From a virus (Duplodnaviria; Caudoviricetes), in the IMG/VR virus record IMGVR_UViG_3300042924_004272, positions 126-64,125 of that record: DNA of 64,000 nt; one strand, written 5' to 3'. Positions 29,067 through 38,343 of this stretch are shown one piece after another. The position numbers and the translations under genes are program-made. The notes under the pieces were generated by a model, which saw only the letters and a program-made list of their open reading frames with translations, searched no databases and had not been told where the DNA came from. How positions within the stretch are numbered: position 1 is the first letter of the stretch; every line of letters starts with the position of its first letter.

Positions 29067-31460
29067 TTATCCTGCTGTTGGTGGTTTGGGGGGAGTGGCA
29101 ACGGATTGCACAATCCCGGGTTGTGAGGGTTCTTTAAAGTTTCCACCAAACTCTGGCATTGAAGGTCCACGCCTCCCAACAATGGGAGCATTTGCGGCAG
29201 GCATCACATCCGTTGGGATGTTCTGAACCTGTCCCGCGGTAAGGTGTTTCACTGCTTGGTTCATCGCTTTCTTGAATGGTCCTGTAGTCTGACCAGCGGC
29301 ACCCTTTGCCTCCGCCTGCTTGATATGACCAGCATAGTGCTCAATTGCAGCCTGCAGCACACCCATGAGTTCCGGAGTGATGGATCCAGGTGGTGCCTGC
29401 TCAATGATTGGGAACAACTTCTGAGTCATGGTCTGGAGGTGAACAACATCATTATCTCTTGGTGAGACTGGGATCTGTTGACCTGCCATGATGGACTGCA
29501 ACTCAATGACCTGCTGACGAGTTGCCTCAATCGCAAGCGCCTCAACTTGATCCTTCGGAAGCACAAGTGAATTTGCTTTTGCCTGCCCAATCTTGGTCGA
29601 AAGATCCAGTTTGATGAGTTCGTCCTGGTTGATGTTCTGGTTGCCAGCATACCTCTGGACGATCATATCCAGCATCTGTTGGTCTTGGATCGTGGTGTCT
29701 GATAGGAGTTCCGAGGCAGGACTATATGCCATGAGAAGGATGTCGGAAGGGGGGAGGTTCCTCTCCAACATGTTCAAGCAGCATCCAACCGCTTCCTCAT
29801 CGAGATGTTCATCAATTTCAAAAGGAACCAAGAATGATGGGAGTTCCATACCGGAACGATCAAAGGCATCGACGATTTCCCTACGGGCCCAAATAGCGGA
29901 AGGGTTCTTGAGACGGACAAGTCTAAGCATTCCGTGGAGATCGGCGGCAGCCTTCACATGCTCCGGATGGCAAATGCCCCTCTGCATCCTCTCAACACCC
30001 TTGGAGTATTGGCGGGCCCAACGCATGAGGATACCTTGACGGAGTTGGTTTTCAATCGCGGCAACTCGGTTGATTTCGGAAGCGGTTCTCTTTCCTCCTT
30101 GGTTGGAATCGGTAACTTGACCGGGTAAGAAGGTTCCGACTTGAATTTCAGCAAGTCCGGAGACGAATTGATCTAATTTCAAGAAGTCATCAACATCTGC
30201 TGGGACTTGTTGTGCAATCACTTCGTACCCGTCGGAAATGTATGCGATGGGGTGGGCAACCGTCAAAGGAGCAGCGTCTGGACGGGCATTCGGTCCCTTC
30301 TTGAGAAGCAGGAGTCCGTTGAGGTAGACGTTGTCGATGACAAGGTTGCGCGCCTTCTCAATGGCAACGTGGGTGTTGTAGAGGTCACGACCAGCACCGC
30401 GGGATGACATCAAGTTTCCGGATCCCACTTCAACCGAAAAGAGTGCCAAGCACTCCGACATGGTATTGTATCGGTCTACTTGGGTACAAATTTCGTTTCC
30501 GGACTTGTCGTCGAACAAGTACCGGGAAATCTTTCCATGGGGTTCCTTGACAAAAATCTCACCTAGTTCCACATACTTCGCATCGTTCTCATAACTGGCA
30601 CCATAAGAACCCTCACGTACCCAATCTTCGTATCGACGTGCGTCATCATCTGCGTCCAGAGTGCGTCCAGCAGGAATTGCATTGTTGATAGACTCGATGA
30701 GGTTCTTGATATGCCATCCCGCCAACGCGGATATTTCAGGTTTCTCAAGCACCGGAAGCAATTCGGCGATTTGATAGCGACGTTTACGAGCCCAGATAGG
30801 TGTTGCATCAGTTACTTGTGGGGTTTCAATTGAAAAGAAAGTGTAGTCCTGGCGGAGGAACTCCGGTTTCCAGTCACGGAGGTCGTCCCAAACCCATCCA
30901 CAGAACCCAAAACAAGTGTTCTCATGAACGGTTTGTGCAAGCAGATCATCATGCCCCTTCCAACCTCGGATGCATTTCGTGATCTCCTCACGGAAAATCT
31001 TCGACTTGTTCTCCGCATCGACGGTCTCTAAAGGGTATTTTGAAAACGTAAGGGTTGGGGAGGTCTCAATGATTTCACGGAAAGGTGGTTGGATCCTTGT
31101 GACCATGGTAGAGAGGAACCCGGTAGGACGGTTGCTCCTCCAATTCTGACCCATGCTCTCCAACTTCTTGTTGTTGTAGGGTTGCTCAAGGTTGAGTTTC
31201 TTTTGGATGAGTTGGTTCTTCTTGTTCCTCTCAACATTCTGCTGCTTGAGACGACGATAGGCACTGTGGGCCTGACGGGAATCCTTGAACGTCCTCCTAA
31301 CCTGAAGTGTTTTAGGGTCAACCGTGTCGTTGTTGCTGTTGTCAGCATCAACCACGTTGAGATCTAAAATTTTAGGTTTGGTACTGTCCTCAATACGCGG
31401 AGCCTTGTGTGCAAAGGTATCCGTGATTCTAGGAGGAAGTGGTTTAATGTCTGATGCCAT
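29067..31460 (-). CDS. Portal protein
   Basis: 797 aa after the terminase; KRTASEI motif and C-terminal P..DN..VH seen in podophage-type portals. Confidence 0.8.
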   Translation of the reverse strand: MASDIKPLPPRITDTFAHKAPRIEDSTKPKILDLNVVDADNSNNDTVDPKTLQVRRTFKDSRQAHSAYRRLKQQNVERNKKNQLIQKKLNLEQPYNNKKLESMGQNWRSNRPTGFLSTMVTRIQPPFREIIETSPTLTFSKYPLETVDAENKSKIFREEITKCIRGWKGHDDLLAQTVHENTCFGFCGWVWDDLRDWKPEFLRQDYTFFSIETPQVTDATPIWARKRRYQIAELLPVLEKPEISALAGWHIKNLIESINNAIPAGRTLDADDDARRYEDWVREGSYGASYENDAKYVELGEIFVKEPHGKISRYLFDDKSGNEICTQVDRYNTMSECLALFSVEVGSGNLMSSRGAGRDLYNTHVAIEKARNLVIDNVYLNGLLLLKKGPNARPDAAPLTVAHPIAYISDGYEVIAQQVPADVDDFLKLDQFVSGLAEIQVGTFLPGQVTDSNQGGKRTASEINRVAAIENQLRQGILMRWARQYSKGVERMQRGICHPEHVKAAADLHGMLRLVRLKNPSAIWARREIVDAFDRSGMELPSFLVPFEIDEHLDEEAVGCCLNMLERNLPPSDILLMAYSPASELLSDTTIQDQQMLDMIVQRYAGNQNINQDELIKLDLSTKIGQAKANSLVLPKDQVEALAIEATRQQVIELQSIMAGQQIPVSPRDNDVVHLQTMTQKLFPIIEQAPPGSITPELMGVLQAAIEHYAGHIKQAEAKGAAGQTTGPFKKAMNQAVKHLTAGQVQNIPTDVMPAANAPIVGRRGPSMPEFGGNFKEPSQPGIVQSVATPPKPPTAG

Positions 31461-31464
31461 AGTC

Positions 31465-32046
31465 TTACGTTAGCCAGCAATTAGTAGGCAAATTTCCGGA
31501 AGATGCAAGTTTTTCTTTATCAATGAACACCGCGGTACGGTTGTCGTGACGCAAGAGGGAGCATCCCCCTAGTTTTTTTGCGTTTGAAGTCTCTCTTGCT
31601 TGCCGTACTGCCGCGCATGCTCGGTCTGCGGCATTGATGCATGAACCACACCCACTTCTCCAAGCAGCATTGTTTGGGCACTGGGCACATATTGCTGCCC
31701 TTCTTTCCGCCTCTTGATCTTGAACCAAGGTGTATGGTTCCATGGATCTGAGCAAATTGTTAGCCCAGGTTGAGATGTCTTGTAGCAACTCAGCAGATCT
31801 AGTGACTGCCTCCCAATGACCGACATTAATCGTCACCGAATCGACTCCATGACAGAATGTTGGCCAATTACCACAGATGTAGTTGTTGACATCACCCTTC
31901 ACATCCCCAAGGGGCAACGAGTTGTTGGCACGGTGTTCCTCAACGACTTTATACAAATCGTTGAGAGAATCTCCGGTTAGTTTGACATCACTTTGGAAGT
32001 AATGCCAACTACCGGGAGGAATCATTCCTTCAATGGGTTTTGCCAT
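31465..32046 (-). CDS. Cys-rich hypothetical protein
   Basis: PPGSWHY; RAAICAQCP.N...CGSC; putative metal binding. Confidence 0.7.
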   Translation of the reverse strand: MAKPIEGMIPPGSWHYFQSDVKLTGDSLNDLYKVVEEHRANNSLPLGDVKGDVNNYICGNWPTFCHGVDSVTINVGHWEAVTRSAELLQDISTWANNLLRSMEPYTLVQDQEAERRAAICAQCPNNAAWRSGCGSCINAADRACAAVRQARETSNAKKLGGCSLLRHDNRTAVFIDKEKLASSGNLPTNCWLT

Positions 32047-32148
32047 TTCACTTTTACAACTATCCATTCTTGTATAACAACGCAAGTAAAAATTGTTAAA
32101 AACCCCAATGCGTTTTATTAACAGGCATCCTGTTTCAAATTTGTGGTC

Positions 32149-32213
32149 TTAACTCGGCATTTGTTGCGAATTATACCCTTTTTGGCACATTAACTCGACT
32201 TTTGTTGCGAATT
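32149..32213. repeat. Two imperfect 24-bp direct repeats
   Basis: ttaactcggcatttgttgcgaatt (32149) and ttaactcgacttttgttgcgaatt (32190). Confidence 0.85.
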
Positions 32214-32242
32214 GGCAAAAATGTTACCGATAGGGTATAGTA

Positions 32243-32276
32243 ACTCTAGCCGCGACTCTAGCCGCGACTCTAGCCG
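32243..32276. repeat. 12-bp tandem repeat, about 3 copies
   Basis: actctagccgcg twice plus actctagccg. Confidence 0.9.
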
Positions 32277-32406
32277 TTCTTACAAAACATCTGCACGATA
32301 CACACGGCAAGTGTAGTGTGCAATGTCAGTTATAGCTTCCGTTACCGGCCTTTATGTCCGCTAAAGGAAACCATCCTCTCATAGGGGAAGTTATAAGCAC
32401 GGGATA

Positions 32407-32467
32407 AACCTCATAAGATCCCTAATTATGCTATAACCTCATAAGATCCCTAATTATGCTATAACCT
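32407..32467. repeat. 28-bp tandem repeat, 2 copies plus a partial
   Basis: aacctcataagatccctaattatgctat twice plus aacct. Confidence 0.9.
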
Positions 32468-32497
32468 AATTCCTGCGAATTTGGGGGTATTAAAAAG

Positions 32498-32583
32498 GTC
32501 GGGGGAGGATCAGGTCGCTACTACTCCCAACTAGGCCAGCACAAAGCTACCCGCCAGTTTCGCCCCTCATTGCCTCCCCCGAC
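32498..32583 (-). ncRNA. Candidate small structured RNA closed by an 11-bp terminal stem
   Basis: gtcgggggagg...cctcccccgac inverted repeat downstream of the tRNA cluster. Confidence 0.4.
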
Positions 32584-32722
32584 TATAATGCCCATTGGAG
32601 TCCTTACGGCGTGTCCTTTGGGCAGGGGTTCACCGAAGATTCCCCCGAAGTTTTCACCGAAATAAAAGAACACATGGGGTGAGATAGCTGGTCTGCGGGA
32701 AGCCCCCCATGTCTACTTAGAT

Positions 32723-32798
32723 TGGCACAGCCCCTCCGAATCGAACGGAGCCAGCAAGATTTGGAGTCTCGCTCGCCTGCCTTGGTACATTGGACTGC
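32723..32798 (-). tRNA. tRNA-Trp (CCA), atypical D-arm
   Basis: GCAGTCC/GGGCTGT acceptor, CGAGA-CTCCAAA-TCTTG anticodon arm, TTCGATT T-loop, encoded CCA. Confidence 0.8.
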
Positions 32799-32841
32799 AA
32801 TTGAGTTATCAAGGATTCCTTTACAACTGGCAAGAAAAAAA

Positions 32842-32912
32842 CTGCCGAACTAGGACTCGAACCTAGACAAGATCCTCCAAAGGGATCGGTGCTACCATTA
32901 CACCATTCGGCA
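32842..32912 (-). tRNA. tRNA-Gln (TTG)
   Basis: TGCCGAA/TTCGGCA acceptor, GATCC-CTTTGGA-GGATC, TTCGAGT T-loop; CCA not encoded. Confidence 0.92.
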
Positions 32913-32949
32913 AAAACTGAATTGTTACCGTTACACTACAAGGTATTCA

Positions 32950-33023
32950 TGGTGACGGGTGCGAGAGTCGAACTCGCATCTCGACCGTATGAGAGTCGAA
33001 TCCTACCGTTAGACGAACCCGTG
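32950..33023 (-). tRNA. tRNA with CAT anticodon (Met/fMet/Ile2 unresolved)
   Basis: CACGGGT/ACCCGTC acceptor (C1.C72 mismatch), CGACT-CTCATAC-GGTCG, TTCGACT T-loop, ACCA end. Confidence 0.88.
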
Positions 33024-33045
33024 GTATTCATAAAAACTATAACCG

Positions 33046-34926
33046 CTACTCCGACATGTCAACAAATGACATCACATCGACAAGACTCTGCAACTTCCTT
33101 TCGCGGATCCTTTTTTCCTTTGGTTTGTTTGTCACCATGTCGGCCGCTACCCCTGACCTTTGTCGCATGAGGTAGACAAGCAGTGAGAGGGAGTCCAATG
33201 CATCCGGAGACTTGCTGCGGGTTCTCTTGACGTAGTCCGCCTTTGATTCAACTCTAACTAGTCCCTGCCCCCTCTGCTTGTAGCGCCGGGAGGTTGCCTG
33301 CCTCACCAACTCTTCCGTCCTAAATCCCGGGGAGATCTTGAGGTATCCAAACTCCAAGTACTTGGCCAAGCCAAACAAGAGTTCGGTGACAACTCCATGG
33401 TAGAGTTCATTCGCCTTCTTGCTGTCATCACCAAGCACATGGGTATCGGTGGCGGCCCAGGAGTAGTTCACCCCCATCGTCTCTTTACCAAAAAGAGTGC
33501 AGAGGGCATCATGAATGCCCGCCCCGTTTCCTGTACGATCGACACACAACCAGTTCGGCGTGATCTTCATCTGCCCACAGAACTTCATTATTGCCGTGGT
33601 CTGCTCAAGTGTTGCGTTCTTTGGGAAGGTGATCTGTGAGTCTAGTTGGAGTACGGTTCTGGGGGATGGGAAGTTTTCAAATCTACCGGACTGCGGGGTC
33701 CACCCATCCGACAACCCAAACCTTCCATAGGAGCACACCACGCTGTCGTTGCCCTCAAGTGCCAAGTCAAATGCCGCCAAAGGGACTACAGGTCCGATAA
33801 ATCGTACAATACCTAGACTATTGTCCAGCATATGAGGCGTCATGACCGACATGGCAATTCCCTCCTCGGGGAACCAACCCCTTGCCATCGTGAAATATTC
33901 CGGTGTCTGTCCCCTACCAGCGTAGTTCATGAACCCCTCGTATGACTGAAGCCCTGGGTAGACCATCTTCTTTTGGATGACGTTTTCACATTTGTTGGCA
34001 TCGATCCGGAGGACATGAAACCCATCCTTGCTCTCCCACTCAAAGTCCTGTTCACAATCGATTGAGTTCCACCCCCTCTTTGGTTCGCATCTACGACCAA
34101 ATTCGCTGGTCCTATCCTTGGGGTTGGATGCCCCAAAGATCTTGATGAGACCCTTGTGACCAATGTCATCCATAGATGAGGCAATGTTATTGACGCCTTC
34201 CCACACCCCACCAGGGACTTCTTCCGCTTCGTCCAAGATAACCCGGATACGAGAGAGACGGCCAAACCTTGGGTGGGGTTTTCCAAACCGTGGCGCTGGG
34301 TGGAACCCACGTAGTGTACCTGCTCCGGAGTCACCCTTGGGGATAGCGACGAGATGGATACCTTGCTTGGTGTCCTCGTTGGCTTGAATAGATGTCACCA
34401 ACGCTTCTCCCTTTGCAAACTCCGGTTTTACAAGTGCTTGCCTATGGAAGTTCTTGATGTGCGCATAGATGTTTCTCTCCGCGTGCTCCCTGGTCAAAGA
34501 GATCACCTTCATTGCGGTGTAGTAGGGGTCCCGTAACCAGTCCAAATAGAACCATGCCGCGCCATTAAAAGACTTACCCATGGCTCCCGCACCTTGAATG
34601 AGGTTCTTGTCGTACTTGAAAAGGATCCTCCAAGTATCTTGAGCCGACTGTGGTCTCCAGTCGTACACCTCCGGACCCCAAAGGATTGTTGCGGCCGCCT
34701 CAAACTGGTTCTTGTCCAAGAGGTGTTGGACAAACTGGAGGACGATTGTCTTTGCCTTGGGTAAGTCAATCGTCATGCTCGTTGCGGATGCCGTGGCATT
34801 ATCAAGGATATATGACGCGGCATAGAGTAGTCCCCTATCCTCGTCCTTATCCGCCTCCTTGCGGATGGCCATTGCCAACTTGAGTGCGTGACTTACGTTA
34901 CGGGCTGGGGTCTGTACTTGGGACAT
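33046..34926 (-). CDS. Terminase large subunit
   Basis: Walker A GAGAMGKS, Walker B VILDEAEE, ASNP, RNase H-like FDLALEGND and SPDALDS. Confidence 0.9.
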   Translation of the reverse strand: MSQVQTPARNVSHALKLAMAIRKEADKDEDRGLLYAASYILDNATASATSMTIDLPKAKTIVLQFVQHLLDKNQFEAAATILWGPEVYDWRPQSAQDTWRILFKYDKNLIQGAGAMGKSFNGAAWFYLDWLRDPYYTAMKVISLTREHAERNIYAHIKNFHRQALVKPEFAKGEALVTSIQANEDTKQGIHLVAIPKGDSGAGTLRGFHPAPRFGKPHPRFGRLSRIRVILDEAEEVPGGVWEGVNNIASSMDDIGHKGLIKIFGASNPKDRTSEFGRRCEPKRGWNSIDCEQDFEWESKDGFHVLRIDANKCENVIQKKMVYPGLQSYEGFMNYAGRGQTPEYFTMARGWFPEEGIAMSVMTPHMLDNSLGIVRFIGPVVPLAAFDLALEGNDSVVCSYGRFGLSDGWTPQSGRFENFPSPRTVLQLDSQITFPKNATLEQTTAIMKFCGQMKITPNWLCVDRTGNGAGIHDALCTLFGKETMGVNYSWAATDTHVLGDDSKKANELYHGVVTELLFGLAKYLEFGYLKISPGFRTEELVRQATSRRYKQRGQGLVRVESKADYVKRTRSKSPDALDSLSLLVYLMRQRSGVAADMVTNKPKEKRIRERKLQSLVDVMSFVDMSE

Positions 34927-35419
34927 GATCGTTGAGCGCCGGGACTTCATCCTCGGCATCCGGTATGAGAACGGCATCTAGAACACCATCACCATCGATG
35001 GTCTTTGACTCTCGATCCCGTACTGTGAAATTCAATTTGAGGTCTGCTCCTCCGGTGAGGTGGATGTTTTCCGCCAGTTCTCCTGCGAGTTTGCAATCCA
35101 ACTGCATGGCCGCCAACTTGTCATAGGTCTCCTCAACACCGTTTGCCTTGTTCACAACCTTGGTGGGTACAACCCCCTCAATCATGAGACGCAACACCTC
35201 CCTCTTTCGAGAGATGGTTGAAACACTTCTGGTAGAAACCTCTGTTTTGAGTTCGGCAATACGAGAGACAATCTCCGGTCGTGTCATCAAGCGGCAACCG
35301 TAAGATGCCGGGTTCTTTGCATCCGGTTGGATCTTGTTGTATGCCGAGGTTGGGGTATCCCCCGATTCCACAATTAATTGGCAGAACTTCTCGTGGGTGA
35401 GGTTTTGGAGTGCTGGCAT
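34898..35419 (-). CDS. Terminase small subunit
   Basis: LQNLTHEKFCQ...AY...RL...EI..RI.EL pattern; directly upstream of TerL. Confidence 0.8.
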   Translation of the reverse strand: MPALQNLTHEKFCQLIVESGDTPTSAYNKIQPDAKNPASYGCRLMTRPEIVSRIAELKTEVSTRSVSTISRKREVLRLMIEGVVPTKVVNKANGVEETYDKLAAMQLDCKLAGELAENIHLTGGADLKLNFTVRDRESKTIDGDGVLDAVLIPDAEDEVPALNDHVPSTDPSP

Positions 35420-36214
35420 AGGTAGTAGCGGGGGGTAGTAGTACCCCCCCATGACTTACAACGCAAGAGAAGATTTTGAAAAAAGAAATTTTCTAAAAAT
35501 TTTTGGGACTCCTTTAAGACGCCAGCCGCCGCGGCCGCCCCCCTCACCCGGTCCCCTACCCCCTCCCCCCCGGTAGTAGTAGTACCCCACCCCCCTCCTC
35601 TTTCTAGATGCCGGCCTCCCCAGGGGCTCGGTCCGAGTTGCCAGTGAACAACGACCCATTGAGTCATGTAACCATGAGGTCATGCTACCAAGGCTATTGG
35701 TACACTTAACAATGGTATCATGGTATCAATCAATCACTTACGCATGGTCTAACTTACTTTTGGTTCAATAACGCTTCAATTGCATATGACAGAGATTATC
35801 TGTAGTTATTGATTATTATCTCTTTCGATAAGAGTAACCGGGATGCAAAGACAACTAACCAAACATAGGAAATTCATTTAATGTGCTGTTAGCATGCCGG
35901 TAATTGATCAATGCAACCATGATACCATGCAACAATTAACATGGCATATAACTACATGGGATCATGGAATCACGACTAGACCTCGAGGACGGGAGCGAGC
36001 GTAGCGAGCGAGTTACTTTGACGGCCGGCATCTCTGTAGAAGTGAAAGAGACAGGCACAGAATCGAGGTTGAGTTACTCTTATGAGGTTTTATACCATGC
36101 AACCATGGTTCCATGTTACCAGGATGCCTTGTAACTCTTTTGAGGGGATCCCCGGATTAGACTCCAGTCCACATTTCACCGGAGGGGATTAGACTAAAAC
36201 CTCGATAAAGACCC

Positions 36215-36252
36215 CAAGTGGGCATCAAGTGGACACAAGTGGGGACAAGTGG
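36215..36252. repeat. Four CAAGTGG repeats at 10-11 bp spacing (iteron-like)
   Basis: Copies start at 36215, 36226, 36236 and 36246. Confidence 0.8.
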
Positions 36253-36600
36253 AGTTGGTTTTGACAACCCCACTCCACCTCCAATGCCCACCGGTGCTTG
36301 ATCTAGAGGTTTCCAAGTGGTGAAGTGGGGTTATTTTTAATAATTTAGTAGAAGAAGAATATATATATAGGGAAAGCGCCAACCCACCGTGCTCCGTCTT
36401 CCCGTGCCTCCCCGCCACCACGGTATGAAAACAACCCCTATGAACCCCTATCCCCACTTCTTGCGTTGTATTGTGTTTCATGTAAGCAACTTACAATAAG
36501 TGGGGTTTTGGGAAGGGGTTCCTTCAAGTGGGGTTCCCCCACTTAACAATAACAATAATCACATTATATTGTAACCATGGTGCCATGTTACAATGAAACA

Positions 36601-36990
36601 CTATCCTTTGTAATTACTAGGCATTGTTAGGTCAATTTCCGGGTAATCGAATGCCGAGATCTTATGGGTAACCTTAATTCTGGGGCGGCGTTGACGTTGC
36701 CAAGATTGTGGACTTCTCCAATGTTCTCGACCCATAACATCATAATGGCAGAACCGATAACCATCCTCTCTAACATCACCATATTTCCTAACCCTAGCAA
36801 ATATCACCGGATGTTTTTTGATGTGTTTGTATTTCTTGTGATAGTATTCAAGTGCCCTAATTCTTCCTTTTTCTTTTTGAAGTTTATGCGCGATTGGACT
36901 TCTCCAGTGCTCTCTTCCGGTCTTGTCGTAATGATCAAAGATGAAACCATCTTCACGGAGGTCTCCATACTTGTGTGTTGTTGTTTCCAT
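36601..36990 (-). CDS. Hypothetical protein with a duplicated motif
   Basis: KYGD.REDG..F.HYD..GREHWRSP occurs twice. Confidence 0.7.
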   Translation of the reverse strand: METTTHKYGDLREDGFIFDHYDKTGREHWRSPIAHKLQKEKGRIRALEYYHKKYKHIKKHPVIFARVRKYGDVREDGYRFCHYDVMGREHWRSPQSWQRQRRPRIKVTHKISAFDYPEIDLTMPSNYKG

Positions 36991-37009
36991 AAGACCCCAC
37001 TTACTACAT

Positions 37010-37288
37010 TTATTGAGGTAAAGAGTCAACACTCTTCCTAGACTTTGGATTGAGTGCTGCAAAGGCAATCCCACGGTAAAACCCAGTGCAATCATGAGTT
37101 GCCCTGTCGGTTTCTATGAATTGAAGGACCCTCCGGAGTCTTTCAACCTCTGCCTGTGATGCGTTTAGTTCACGTTCCAGTTCTCTGGATAAAGCGTAAG
37201 CGTCCTGATGCTTTTTTAGCAGTTCCTTTGGTTGCGGTGGGCAATGCCGAAACTCAATGGCATCAGTTCGTGGTGTGTCGGCGGTCAT
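37010..37288 (-). CDS. Hypothetical protein (DTPRTDA family)
   Basis: DTPRTDA...ERELN...AEVERL. Confidence 0.7.
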   Translation of the reverse strand: MTADTPRTDAIEFRHCPPQPKELLKKHQDAYALSRELERELNASQAEVERLRRVLQFIETDRATHDCTGFYRGIAFAALNPKSRKSVDSLPQ

Positions 37289-37467
37289 TGGTTTATTTCA
37301 AGTTCAAATCCAAGTTCTTCCAGCACACCCCAGAACTTGAGGCAGAGATTTTGAGTGGATTCCAGTTGTTCCTTTAGCCTCTCGACCTCTGCCTCTGCTT
37401 TCTCTGCTCGCTCCTGCTCTTCTTGAACTGACTTCTGTCCGCGAGGTGTGTTAATGTCTAGGTTCAT
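37285..37467 (-). CDS. Hypothetical coiled-coil protein
   Basis: RAEKAEAEVERL; ATGA overlap with the next gene. Confidence 0.65.
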   Translation of the reverse strand: MNLDINTPRGQKSVQEEQERAEKAEAEVERLKEQLESTQNLCLKFWGVLEELGFELEINQ

Positions 37468-37511
37468 AGGTTGTCTTCGTCTAGGTCTGGTTCGATGTGT
37501 GGTTTAATTTT
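37464..37511. repeat. 48-bp dispersed repeat, copy 1 (copy 2 at 42322-42369)
   Basis: 44 of 48 positions identical. Confidence 0.9.
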
Positions 37512-37843
37512 CTTTTTATCTTTTTTATTTCTGTAAGAAGGTAACTTAAACATTCAATGGTAAGAACATCTCGTATTTTTGCTAACTCATTTTCTTCAAT
37601 GTGTTTGTCGTTTCGTTCAAGCCAGTACAAATGTTCTTCAATTTTATCAAGGTCTCTTTGGTTTTCTTCTTCTTGATTTAGAACTTGCCATCCCTTTCCT
37701 TCTCTAAAAATCATCGTGGTGTTGGGATCTAGTTTGGGAATTTCGGTTGTCATTTGTTGGTTAACGGCATCCGTGCGTGGTGTGTCTGTCTGTTCCATCC
37801 ATCCTGGTTCGGTGGATCCGTGCTGGTATTTTGCTGTGCTCAT
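37481..37843 (-). CDS. Hypothetical protein (DTPRTDA motif)
   Basis: ORF tiles with its neighbours. Confidence 0.65.
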   Translation of the reverse strand: MSTAKYQHGSTEPGWMEQTDTPRTDAVNQQMTTEIPKLDPNTTMIFREGKGWQVLNQEEENQRDLDKIEEHLYWLERNDKHIEENELAKIRDVLTIECLSYLLTEIKKIKRKLNHTSNQT

Positions 37844-38046
37844 TAATCTAGGTTTAAGTTGTGACCATCAATCTCCGCGTTGAGATCCTCAATGAGTGCA
37901 TCCAAAGTTGGCATTAGATCATCCTTGCGCATGCGGCTCATATGCTCTCGGAACCTCCATACAACGAGTTTCCAGTCCATCCCCTGGATGGCATCAAGAT
38001 GCTCTTGTTCTTCTTCCGGTAGTTTGAATTCAAGTGTTGCTTTCAT
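37843..38046 (-). CDS. Hypothetical protein
   Basis: MKATLEFKLPEE, a common small phage protein start. Confidence 0.75.
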   Translation of the reverse strand: MKATLEFKLPEEEQEHLDAIQGMDWKLVVWRFREHMSRMRKDDLMPTLDALIEDLNAEIDGHNLNLD

Positions 38047-38055
38047 GGTATTGTG

Positions 38056-38343
38056 TTATTTGCGTTTATTGCGTTTCTCTCCGTACTCTCCAAAGTAACT
38101 GGATGACATGTGCCACCCACGGCATTCGTCGCAGAAGTAGGTTCGCAGGAAACTGGTGTTCCCACTGCCCTTCCGGAGGATTGCCCTTGCCCCGTTCTTT
38201 GCCGATCCCTCCGAGGTGAAGACAACCTTGCCACACGGTCCACGTTCCCTCTGGACAATTTTCGGCGCCGGGGGAGGTGTGAATTGTGTCTTGGAGTTGA
38301 ACAACCCCAATTCCTTGAGAATATCGTCGACCCTATTCTTCAT
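38056..38343 (-). CDS. Small Zn-binding protein
   Basis: CGK..F...A and R.Y.C..C.GWH.SS. Confidence 0.7.
   Translation of the reverse strand: MKNRVDDILKELGLFNSKTQFTPPPAPKIVQRERGPCGKVVFTSEGSAKNGARAILRKGSGNTSFLRTYFCDECRGWHMSSSYFGEYGEKRNKRK

Noticed and set aside
32149-32467. Possible mini-CRISPR array
   Set aside because: The repeats are of three unrelated types, tandem or separated by only 17 bp, and there is no cas operon.
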